Shown: in pieces, positions 1 to 7,959 of the stretch
Layout: every line of letters begins with the position of its first letter
Numbering within the stretch: the first letter of the stretch is position 1
Source of the DNA: Octopus sinensis
Taxonomy: Eukaryota
Assembly (NCBI RefSeq): GCF_006345805.1
Contig: NW_021827395.1
Span: 1 to 10,441, forward strand
Direction: 5' to 3'
Length of the DNA: 10,441 nucleotides
Position numbers and translations under genes: made by a program
Notes under the pieces: model-generated
Databases searched by the model: none
What the model was told of the DNA's origin: nothing
What the model saw: only the letters and a program-made list of their open reading frames with translations

Positions 1-61
1 CTAGAATCTAGGAAAAACTGTCCGACGAACGGGAACGTGAAACTCAGAGTAACATCTTTGT

Positions 62-100
62 TATATATATATATATATATATATGATATATATATATAAG

Positions 101-131
<31 letters not shown>

Positions 132-240
132 ATACTCTCAAGTAACAGCTTTTGTTATATATATATAAGATATATATTAATAGATATATATATATATATA
201 GATATATATATATATATATATGTATATACATACATATAAT
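62..240. repeat. (TA)n-rich tract
   Basis: Directly visible. Similar TA/CA/TG tracts occur at 1929-2053, 3150-3220, 6031-6070, 6995-7068, 9051-9150, 9359-9482 and 9682-9738. Confidence 0.95.
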
Positions 241-440
241 TTGTGTATATGAGTGCTTGTACGCAAATATTGATATGTGACTATGGTGTACAAATATATA
301 TACGTGTGTGTATCAGTTTGCGTGCCTGTCTGTATATGCATACAATGTGTAATGTGTGTATGTGCGTGTGGACGTGTATGTTGTGCGTGTATAAACCAGA
401 ATATATAGATAAACATGTCCATCTTACTCGTTTCTTGTAG

Positions 441-492
441 TGTCAAGATGGTTGTTTTTCGCAACACCGGTCCAAGTTAACGGGCATTTTGG
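441..492 (+). CDS. Probable internal coding exon (52 nt, phase 1 in, phase 2 out) of the membrane-protein gene; xSRWLFFATPVQVNGHF-G
   Basis: Acceptor ctcgtttcttgtAG ends at 440 and the strong donor TGG|GTGAGT starts at 493. The frame starting at 443 is open, and its terminal GG plus G2540 gives Gly, in frame with the next exon. Another open frame (CQDGCFSQ...) would join the next exons into a frame that stops quickly. Confidence 0.55.
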
Positions 493-813
493 GTGAGTTA
501 GTTTCTTGTATTATCTTCCAGCCCCCCCCCCCATATCACTTCGCATAAAATCGTACAAACGAGGTAACAACTTGCCCTCAATCTGTTCCCTTCACCTGCT
601 AGTTGCAGCAGCCAAATATTCATTAATTCATACACCTCTATCTTGTAACAAAAGTCATATTAAATTAAGTAGCACTAAATACTTGTAAGACACCAGGACG
701 ATAGTTCTTGAATCGCTCTTCTCATAGGCCTGCTTAGTCGGTGGTGGCCTAGGGTTAAAATCAACAATATCCACAACATTAATTACATATCGCATAACAC
801 AACCCCCTTTAAA

Positions 814-898
814 CATCTTCTTCTTCCTCTTCTTCTTCTTCATCTTCTTCTTCATCTTCTTCTTCTTCTTCTTCGTATTATCATCATCATCATCATCA

Positions 899-957
<59 letters not shown>
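814..957. repeat. Compound triplet microsatellite (CTT)n-(CAT)n-(ATT)n
   Basis: Directly visible. It produces the poly-N/D/K artefact ORF 655..1062. Confidence 0.95.
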
Positions 958-1486
958 GAGTGAGAGAGCAGTGCATGCCATCAAAGTGACACTGGGGTAA
1001 AATATACGAAGCCCAATATACCCATCATGACTACCCGTCTGATAAGGGTACACCAGGCACATGCATCACAACCATATATGCGCGACATGGTGATCTCATA
1101 TCAAGATAAACAGCACATGACATTGCAGGTGGGGCCCAGTTAGAATTTTCTTCAGATTGAGTAGCCCATCCCGCTCAAAAGGTCCCTGAATAAGGGTTGT
1201 TTAAGGATGTTGAAAGAACCACCCCTGTTTCCAGAGGTGAATTATTCAAACCCCAAAGAATCCCTCTCAACACATGGCTATGATGCTCCCCAACTACTTC
1301 TGCTCGTGATCAGAGATGCACATATCGTCAGCCACTAAGGGACATGCTCAACTGGTTAAAGTCAAACAACTGACAAGCAAATCTGTGGTATTGAGCAGAA
1401 TATTTACTGTAGCCCATCTTTTATACCAAGACAAAACAACGTACATGATAACAAGACAAAACAATGTACATGATTACAAGACAAAA
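958..1486 (-). mobile_element. Interspersed retroposon-like repeat, probably minus strand with an (AAT)n 3' tail
   Basis: About 530 bp of higher-GC non-coding sequence bounded by (ATT)n tracts, with a 25-bp unit duplicated at one end. It resembles an abundant Octopus repeat as I recall it. Family and orientation are inferred. Confidence 0.5.
1427..1486 (+). repeat. 25-bp tandem repeat, 2.4 copies (CAAGACAAAACAAYGTACATGATWA)
   Basis: Units at 1427-1451 and 1452-1476, partial unit at 1477-1486. Confidence 0.9.
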
Positions 1487-1487
1487 T

Positions 1488-1537
1488 ATATTATTATTAT
1501 TATTATTATTATTTTATTATTATTATTATTATTATTA

Positions 1538-1567
<30 letters not shown>
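1488..1567. repeat. (ATT)n microsatellite between two elements
   Basis: Directly visible. Confidence 0.95.
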
Positions 1568-1568
<1 letters not shown>

Positions 1569-1782
1569 AGGCGGCGAGCTGGCAGAATCGTTAGCATGCC
1601 GGGTGAAATGTTTAGCAGTATTTTGTCTGTCTTCACATACTGAGTTCAAATTCCGCCGAGGTCGACTTTGCCTTTTATCCTTTCGGGGTCGACATATTAA
1701 GTACCAGTGAAACTCTGGGGTCGATGTAATCGACTATCTCCTTCCCCCAGATTTCAGCCCTTGTTCCTATTTAGTGGAAAGG

Positions 1783-1836
<54 letters not shown>
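1569..1836 (+). mobile_element. tRNA-derived SINE (family A) with (ATT)n tail
   Basis: A-box-like TGGCAGAATCG at 1580 and B-box-like GAGTTCAAATTCC at 1642-1654. Body TCCTTTCGGGGTCGA..AAGTACCAG..CTGGGGTCGATGTAATCG recurs in reverse at 10325-10441. Tail (ATT)n at 1783-1836. Confidence 0.85.
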
Positions 1837-1841
<5 letters not shown>

Positions 1842-1925
1842 CGAAAACGCCCTACTTATATACCTTGATACAGTTAATTTTCGGAATATTGTGTTTCACT
1901 CAAGTTACCGTTTGTTATAAACCCA

Positions 1926-1974
<49 letters not shown>

Positions 1975-2539
1975 GTGAATGTGTATGCGTGTGTGTTTGT
2001 GTGTTGTGTGTGTATGTGTGCGTGTGCGTGTATGAATGTATGCATGTATGCGTCAATAATAATAAAAATAAAACATATTTCTTACTGCTTAATATCTGTT
2101 ACATTGTTTTATATGTGATAACTTATTGTTAATTTGAGGTTGGAGTTGCTAGGATTGAACGAATAGAAGTTGAATCTTTACTTGGGATTCTAACACGAAA
2201 TATTTTTGAAGGTGCATGTGTGAATTAAAGAATACAAATATATCTCAAAAATTATTCCGGGTCCTAAATGCAAAGTTGGGCCTACATTAAAAGCGATAAT
2301 ATACTGTTAACGGAATACGCACCGCTCAAATAAGGGTAAGGCTCATATGCTTATGCACCTTGTAGTCTCTCAAACACGGTTACAAAATTACAAAGAAAAG
2401 CACCGCGTTCTTCTTGTTACATTAAAAATACCATTTGAGGTTATGTACGTTCTTAAACTTTCCGATGCTTTAATTTGAAAATTTCCAAAATGAAGTACTT
2501 TTGACATGTTTTTTTGTTTCACTTTTTCCATTTTAATAG

Positions 2540-2634
2540 GTTCTGGAGTATTCTTGGAGTTCTTTCTGGAATTGGTGCCCTCATCATTGGGATTACATAC
2601 CTGCTTTGTAGATTTAAGAAACCTACAAATCAAG
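2540..2634 (+). CDS. Coding exon encoding a transmembrane helix and juxtamembrane basic cluster (FWSILGVLSGIGALIIGITYLLC-RFKKPTNQ)
   Basis: Pyrimidine-rich acceptor tttcactttttccattttaatAG ends at 2539; donor CAAG|GTGAGT at 2635. About 23 hydrophobic residues are followed by RFKK. The exon ends in phase 1, matching exon 3604. Confidence 0.8.
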
Positions 2635-2761
2635 GTGAGTCATTATCACTGAAAAATATCACAATAAATTTTATACGAATTTATAACTTAGAAAATTTAT
2701 GAATAGCGGCAAGTTAGCAGAATGTTGAGGGAGGCGGGCAAAGTGCTGAATGAGATGGAGG

Positions 2762-2885
2762 GAATAAGTACAAGGCTTTAAAAAAACTAAATCTAGAGTC
2801 GATCTGTTCGACTAAAAGACTTTCAAGGCGATGCCCCAGTATGGCCGCAGTCAAATGACTTAAGCAAGTAAAACATAAATGATAG
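2762..2885 (+). mobile_element. 3' part of a family B SINE, + orientation
   Basis: TTCAAGGCGATGCCCCAGTATGGCCGCAGTCAAATGACT matches the reverse complement of 2936-2982 at 39/47 nt, and also matches 6824-6852. Confidence 0.8.
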
Positions 2886-3148
2886 CATCGTATTATCACA
2901 TGTAAATGATTTCTATCTTTTCTTTTATCGTTTATCTCGTTTCAGTCATTTGACTGTGGCCATGCTGGGGCACTGCTTTGAATGTCTTTTTTTTTTTTGT
3001 TTTAGTCGAACTTTTTTTAGTCGGGACTTTTTTAAAGCCTCGTACTTTTTGCTGAACCAATAAGTTATGGGGACGTAAACACACCAACACCGGTTGGGTT
3101 ATCAAACGGTGATGGTGGTGGTGGATTGAGCACAAACATAGTCACGAA

Positions 3149-3204
<56 letters not shown>

Positions 3205-3221
3205 CATATATATTTATATAT

Positions 3222-3445
3222 TAAAAGTCAGGGTACAATATGTACCTGTTTGCTAGAAAGAAGAGTTAAAACTCCCCAGAGCCACTCATCTCTCACTATT
3301 TGTAAACATGCACAGTGAAAGTAACGAATATATTTTTAAAAAAAAACAGTCGTCCCCATTTGTAAAACTACAAAGAGGAGGGTAGATATCTCAGTATCAA
3401 ATGATTTCGCTTTTTGTGCGGAGAGACACTTAAAACTCATCAGCT
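3222..3445 (-). mobile_element. Short hammerhead-bearing element inserted in the SINE microsatellite
   Basis: Unrelated sequence interrupts the family B SINE, with (TA)n at one end and a hammerhead core at the other. Confidence 0.6.
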
Positions 3446-3446
3446 A
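3385..3446 (-). ncRNA. Type I hammerhead ribozyme candidate
   Basis: Minus strand: tag CUGAUGA [28-nt stem II hairpin closed by G-C] GAAA ucauuug AUA^ cugagauauc. All conserved core nucleotides, stem III and an NUH triplet are present. Stem I is only 3 bp. Confidence 0.7.
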
Positions 3447-3603
3447 CAACGGGCTTTTTTTCGGTTTCCGTCTATCAAATACAAATACGTCTATCATATC
3501 AGGACTATAGTAGAAGACACTTGCTCTGAACCATGTGGTTCAGAGCCTCTTACCACACAGACACACCTGCCCCTTATTTATTTATTTATTTATTTATTTG
3601 CAG

Positions 3604-4040
3604 TTGCTGATCAAGACAGAGGAATGTTATCCGACACTTTTACACAGAGAACAGAAATCCGAACGGTTCTATATTCCCTAAACCATGCAGAGTACCACTG
3701 CATGCAACCAACGCCACTTGTGCAACTGCAAACCCGGAATGAAACCACCACGCCGCCGGACACTGGTCCAAATGCGACCAGTAGTACGGCCACTGCGAAC
3801 ACTATGTCTTCATTGTTACAACCTCAATCCTCCGATCGCTGGTCGGGTTACGGGACAGGAGACTCCGTGCCTACCAGAGACACGGTCGTCACCAACGTCA
3901 ACGTCACTGCAGTCACACCCAACACCATCACTACTACGGACTTAAAGACTGAAAATAGTAGAAGAAATTCTTCTCTAAAGATTTCTTTGTGTAGAAATTC
4001 CTTGTTTAGGAAACAGGATTTTGAAGAAGTGGTCGTATAA
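3604..4040 (+). CDS. Terminal coding exon: Ser/Thr-rich tail (VADQDRGMLSD...RKQDFEEVVV*) of an uncharacterised membrane protein
   Basis: Acceptor tttatttgcAG ends at 3603. G(2634)+TT gives Val in the frame of the long ORF 3414..4040, which stays open for about 145 codons to TAA at 4038-4040. GC content is higher than in the flanks. Protein family not recognised. Confidence 0.75.
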
Positions 4041-4316
4041 GAAATTATTTCATAAAAGAAAATGAAAAAAAAAAAAGAAAAATAGCAGAAACAAACAAAA
4101 CGTTTCAATATTTGCTGTTGTTTATTTTTTTCTATTTTTCTTCTGTATTCATACTGAAGGATAAATTGTGATAAATTAATTGACTAACTTCTGTAAATGA
4201 ATCCAAAAGCGCAGCGGAGACATGCAATTACGCACAAACACACGAAACATACAATCAACCTGATCAAATTAGAGATTGCTGGATAAAGGAGTCTCTCTCA
4301 TTTTTCTTCTCCCCAG

Positions 4317-4438
4317 TTACTAACTCCCTGGCACACGAGTTGCATCTAAACGATACTCCTTGTTTCTCTCCACACGCGTGGGTTACTGAGCAGTTCGTGC
4401 GACTGCATCTGAAGGCCTTCCGATGCACTAGTGGTTGA
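4317..4438 (+). CDS. Possible alternative terminal coding exon (VTNSLAHELHLNDTPCFSPHAWVTEQFVRLHLKAFRCTSG*)
   Basis: Strong acceptor tctctctcatttttcttctccccAG ends at 4316. Only the phase-1 frame stays open (the others stop within 11 codons), and that is the phase left by the 2634 donor. AATAAA at 4726-4731. Confidence 0.4.
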
Positions 4439-4725
4439 CCTACGGGTAACGAAACTACGTCTACCTTTCGAAATATTAGTGACTGACTTACGGGTAAGAA
4501 AGCTATTAGCTACCCCATTCAACATCGGAAACACTATATTATATACATGCTCCTCCGATATATATGTAAAGAATATATGCACGTGTTATCTGCGGAGCTT
4601 CGGCTCGACTGTTCGGCGTTAGCTATTGGTTGTTGCTCTGCAGCATTTTGATCTATATATTCGAAGCAACTTTATCTTCAAGGGATTTCCTATTTCTTAC
4701 CCCAAAACGTTTTTTTTTTTTTTGT

Positions 4726-4731
4726 AATAAA
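4726..4731 (+). promoter_or_regulatory. Candidate polyadenylation signal
   Basis: AATAAA downstream of both candidate terminal exons, followed by U-rich sequence. Weak evidence in AT-rich DNA. Confidence 0.3.
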
Positions 4732-5732
4732 AAAATGAGAAAATGATAGTATACATCTCTGCTTTGGCAATTTTTCTTTTTTTATTTTTATTTTCCCCCT
4801 TTTCTTTCCATTTTTCACTGAATTAAAAATTATTATATTTTAAAAACTTACATTTTAAAAACTGAATGACGCAAATCTTTTGGAACGAACTTTTACTATT
4901 GTGTAAGTGCTTTCACTGCTTGCAGTTTTTCATTTACACGTATTATGGGGGTAATCTGCATAGAGGAAGTTGTTTTTAGCAACACTGTTGACTGCATATG
5001 TGTGGATGTTTGTGTGTGCACGTATAAGTATGTATGTATATATTTTAATTGTTCTCCAAGCTTTACAATAAAATCATTTTCCACTTTTGTTTTGTTAATT
5101 TCCCCATGTGGTGCTGTTGGTGCGCTGTGAACCCATTATTTGATTTACACTTTATAACAATATTTTCCATGCCTTCTGAGGTATCTACGTTCCTGGTGTT
5201 GAGTTGATTTTATGTATATGTTTATGCATATATGTATATATGTTTATATGTACGTATATATAATAATTTTTACATTCAAGTATACACCTTGTAGTACGCT
5301 GTTTAAAGCCCTTTCGCAGTATTCGGCTACCTGATGTTAAGAGCAGTGTAGAAGTATATGTCACAGGATATACTATGGGAATTCTTTCGTGTCTATAGAG
5401 TTTATAAAAATATGAGGAAAAATGGAATTTACGAGACTTTTTATCATTCACTACGGTTCTTTCGATCCATCGTGTACCGGAACCTCCAGGGTAGGATACT
5501 GTGCAAGCAGTTGTGATGCATGATAGCTGCAGATATGACTCGTTAGATGTCAAAAGGTGCCTTATTTTTTCATTGCCGTTCAGCTTATTTCCATCAGAAT
5601 ATATTTTGGTAGAGAAATTGTGTTACAATGTAGAACTCGAACGGTCGAAACGATCATAGTGAATAATAAAGAGTCTCGTTTATTTTCTTTTCTTTCCCTC
5701 ATATTTTAATATGTATATATATATATGTGTGT

Positions 5733-6030
5733 GGAGGCGCAATGGCCCAGTGGTTAGGGCAGCGGACTCGCGGTTGTAAGATCGCGGTTTCGATTCCCAC
5801 AGGTGTTTATTGAGTGAAAACACCTAAAGCTCCACGAGGCTCCGGCAGGGGGTGGTGGTGATCTCTGCTGTACTCTTTCGCCCCAACTTTCTCTCACTCT
5901 TTCTTCTGTTGGCCTGCTCGCTTAGCCAGCGGGGTGGCGTTACTTGAAGGCTAAAACAATGCAAAGCGCATTGTGACCAGCTATGTGTAGCAACATCTGA
6001 TAGCCTGGTCGATCACGGTGATCACGGTGA
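5733..6030 (+). mobile_element. tRNA-derived SINE (family C)
   Basis: A box TGGCCCAGTGG at 5743-5753 and B box GGTTTCGATTCCC at 5786-5798, then a ~230-bp non-tRNA body. It ends in a short (GATCACGGT)2 tandem tail and is flanked by (TA)n. Confidence 0.85.
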
Positions 6031-6117
6031 ATATATATATATTATATATATAATATATATATATATATATGTATGTACGTGGAATCCTTTATAATTATAT
6101 TACATATTTCAAGCAAG

Positions 6118-6822
6118 TCAGCAAATGAAATTTATATCGTCACAATACTTACACATGTCATACTTGAACAGACAATCTCCATATTTTACATTAAATTTCT
6201 CAGAAATAACTTTCTTGTATTTTCCAACGAATTATCCCGTTCCTGTATTTCCAAGAGACGCCGACACCTGGAATATCATTGTAAATATTGCAAGACAAAC
6301 ACACTCGGCAGCAGATTCCAGTCATAGAATTTCTCTTCATGTGACAGCGGAATATTCCAGCTTTTTCCACTGTGTTTAAGACAATAACTTTCTGATTACA
6401 AGGAAATTACATTTACTTGGTGAAACAGTATTCAGAAAATGGCGAAAATGTTATTATTCTACTTCAAACAGACACGACTTCTTCTAGCCATGTCTCTCTC
6501 TCCAATGCATAATTGCTTTGTTGAAGTTATTTCATTTGTGTAAAGCTCGGCTGGAAAGGAAGAATGCCATACGCGTCACTATCATTTCCAACAGTTGCAA
6601 AGAACAGTTCTCCTTTCCATTCATTTACCGTTTGTCTTTAATGAAACTCAGCTTCCAATCCTGAAACTGCGACAAAGCTAAACAAATGTCTTCACAAACA
6701 ACTATACACAAATCATGCTTCAGTAACATTTCTCTGTCTCCATGATCATATAATAACTTCACAAAAGCGCTTTTCGCTTTGCCTTCCATGTCTAATTCTG
6801 CATACCTTTTACCTTTCATCAG
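6118..6822 (-). pseudogene. Possible decayed intronless coding remnant, family uncertain
   Basis: Microsatellite-free ~700-bp block. Minus-strand open segments of about 65, 36, 38, 29 and 38 codons can be chained through a few stops and frameshifts. Truncated at 6822 by a SINE. Confidence 0.35.
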
Positions 6823-7033
6823 ATTGCGACCATGCTGGGGCACCACCTTGAAGAAATTTAGTGGGAAGAATCGACTTCAAGACTAGTATTTATTCTATCG
6901 GTTTCTTTTGTAGACTGCTAAGTTAACGGGACGTAAACATAGCACCGGTTGTCAAGCGGTGGGGACAAACAGACACATAGACACTCATATAGATATACAT
7001 ACATATACACACACACACACACGCACACACACG

Positions 7034-7068
<35 letters not shown>
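6822..7068 (-). mobile_element. Family B SINE, 3' half plus internal (CA)n(TA)n tract
   Basis: CCATGCTGGGGCACCACCTTGAA and TAAGTTAACGGGACGTAAACA..CACCGGTTG match 2959-2982 and 3061-3096. Confidence 0.8.
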
Positions 7069-7245
7069 GATTAGGAGAAATAACCTCTAATAAGTAATTC
7101 AATAGTGAAATACATTACCTATATTATATATAAAAAAATTAAATATACTATTATAAATATTATTTAAAAAATCATTAAATTAAACATTAAATTGACTACG
7201 CGCGTTTCGTGACTATATCTTTAAATCGATAATTATAAAATCGAT
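7069..7245 (-). mobile_element. AT-rich Penelope-like terminal fragment with a half hammerhead
   Basis: GTCAC-GAAA-CGCGC-GTA-GTCAAT on minus at 7213-7191. The 3' end abuts (TA)n at 7068. Confidence 0.4.
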
Positions 7246-7293
7246 ACTATTAAAATTAATTCTATTTAACATTAATACGCATATATGTATATA

Positions 7294-7590
7294 TGCGGTG
7301 AATAAACTGTCGTCTAAATTACGCAAAAAGGAAAATAACACTGACATCTCATTTTAACAGATATATTTATCGAAATTATATAAAAACATTTTGAAATACT
7401 AAAGCGTATATCTACTCAATAAAATCGCTATTGGCTTCAACCACGGGCTCCAGACCTTTCTCGGAATCTTCTGCAACTCTTCTGGATGGTCTTCTTGTTT
7501 AAGTTGGTGAATGCTGCCATAATCCTTGTCTTCAGTTTACCTTCAGTGTTACAAGGAGTTTTGTTGGTGTCCCACACAACTGTGCCCCAT
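7294..7590 (-). mobile_element. 3' remnant of a Tc1/mariner DNA transposon with eroded terminal repeat
   Basis: Transposase C-terminus followed by about 115 bp of 3' sequence ending ...CAGTTTATTCACCGCA next to TA dinucleotides. Confidence 0.7.
7412..7589 (-). pseudogene. Tc1/mariner transposase C-terminal fragment with one frameshift
   Basis: Translates WGTVVWDTNKTPCNTEGKLKTRIMAAFTNLNKKTIQKSCRRFR / LEPVVEANSDFIE*. This fits the Tc1/mariner end pattern WG..E...L...I.......L....I......F..RL..V.EA.G..IE; the maT/DD37D-like subgroup is an inference. Confidence 0.85.
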
Positions 7591-7771
7591 GCTACACTCT
7601 GTTGGCATATAATCTATATATAATATATATATAATATATATTTATCGTTTTGGATTGGTTGCAAAGATTCTTATATGAGTTCGTGTGTTGAAGCAATCTT
7701 CGTTGTGTCTGGGGAGATTCAATTTCTTTTAGGGCCTTATTATTTAACACACTCACCGGAAAAATTTCCAC

Positions 7772-7869
7772 TTCTTCTTTTTTTTCTAAAATTTTAGTTG
7801 CGTCTTGCAACCTTTTCAATAGTGAAAAGGTTGCAAGACGCAACGAAAATTTTAGAAAAAAAAAAAGAA
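7772..7869. repeat. Near-perfect palindrome: 47-bp arms, 4-nt loop
   Basis: 7772-7818 pairs with 7823-7869 with 2 mismatches; loop ATAG. Confidence 0.95.
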
Positions 7870-7875
7870 ATATAG

Positions 7876-7959
7876 TATGTATGTATGTATGTATGTATGT
7901 ATGTATGTATGTATGTATGTATGTATGTATGTGTGTTGGATGTATCCATTTATCTATCA

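Larger units (their letters stand above)
2908..3574 (-). mobile_element. Family B SINE split by an internal (CA)n(TA)n tract and a ~220-bp insertion
   Basis: The 3' half (2908-3150) matches in-window copies at 2762-2885, 6822-6975 and 8980-9008. The 5' half (3446-3574) reads AGGGGCAGGTGTGTCTGTGTGGTAAG..GCAAGTGTCTTCTACTATAG on minus, like a decayed tRNA-type head of the same Octopus family (recalled). Confidence 0.75.

Noticed and set aside
1-60. Possible upstream exon ending at CAGA|GTAACA
   Set aside because: The donor and acceptor are weak. The GTAACA..TTTGTTATATA motif recurs at about 142-160 (and loosely near 1903-1918), suggesting a repeat end beside (TA)n.
177-467. ORFs rich in YI/HT/YVCM/SIYL repeats (also 243, 655, 1316, 1874, 7877-8454, 9001, 9274)
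   Set aside because: They are translations of dinucleotide, triplet and tetranucleotide microsatellites.
523-564. Possible exon (ttccAG ... GAG|GTAACA)
   Set aside because: It would leave only a ~30-nt intron after the 492 donor.
1149-1333. CTGAAGA and CTGACGA heptamers on minus within the 958-1486 repeat
   Set aside because: Neither is followed by a stem II hairpin and GAAA.
2331-2341. Donor-like AGG|GTAAGG as the exon upstream of 2540
   Set aside because: In the required phase 2 it is immediately preceded by an in-frame TAA, and there is no good acceptor upstream.
3611-4108. Minus-strand ORFs 3611..3802 and 3848..4108, and + ORF 3685..3945
   Set aside because: Shadow or alternate frames of the 3604-4040 exon with no splice support.
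5625-5660. Hammerhead-like GGTCGAAACGATCATAG
   Set aside because: No CUGANGA upstream and the stem III palindrome is imperfect; too degenerate to call.
5185-5690. Non-repetitive block with ORF 5185..5553 (-) and a + frame broken by several stops
   Set aside because: No recognisable homology or consistent splice sites, and the ORF ends in low-complexity sequence.
5733-5800. tRNA gene (also 1569-1655 and 10257-10311)
   Set aside because: A and B boxes are present but there is no complete cloverleaf or acceptor stem. The sequences at 5733 and 1569 continue into SINE bodies, and 10257-10311 is an isolated fragment.
7098-7110. 13-mer TTCAATAGTGAAA shared with the palindrome centre (7815-7827)
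   Set aside because: A 13-mer match is plausible by chance in AT-rich 10 kb, and the flanks do not align.
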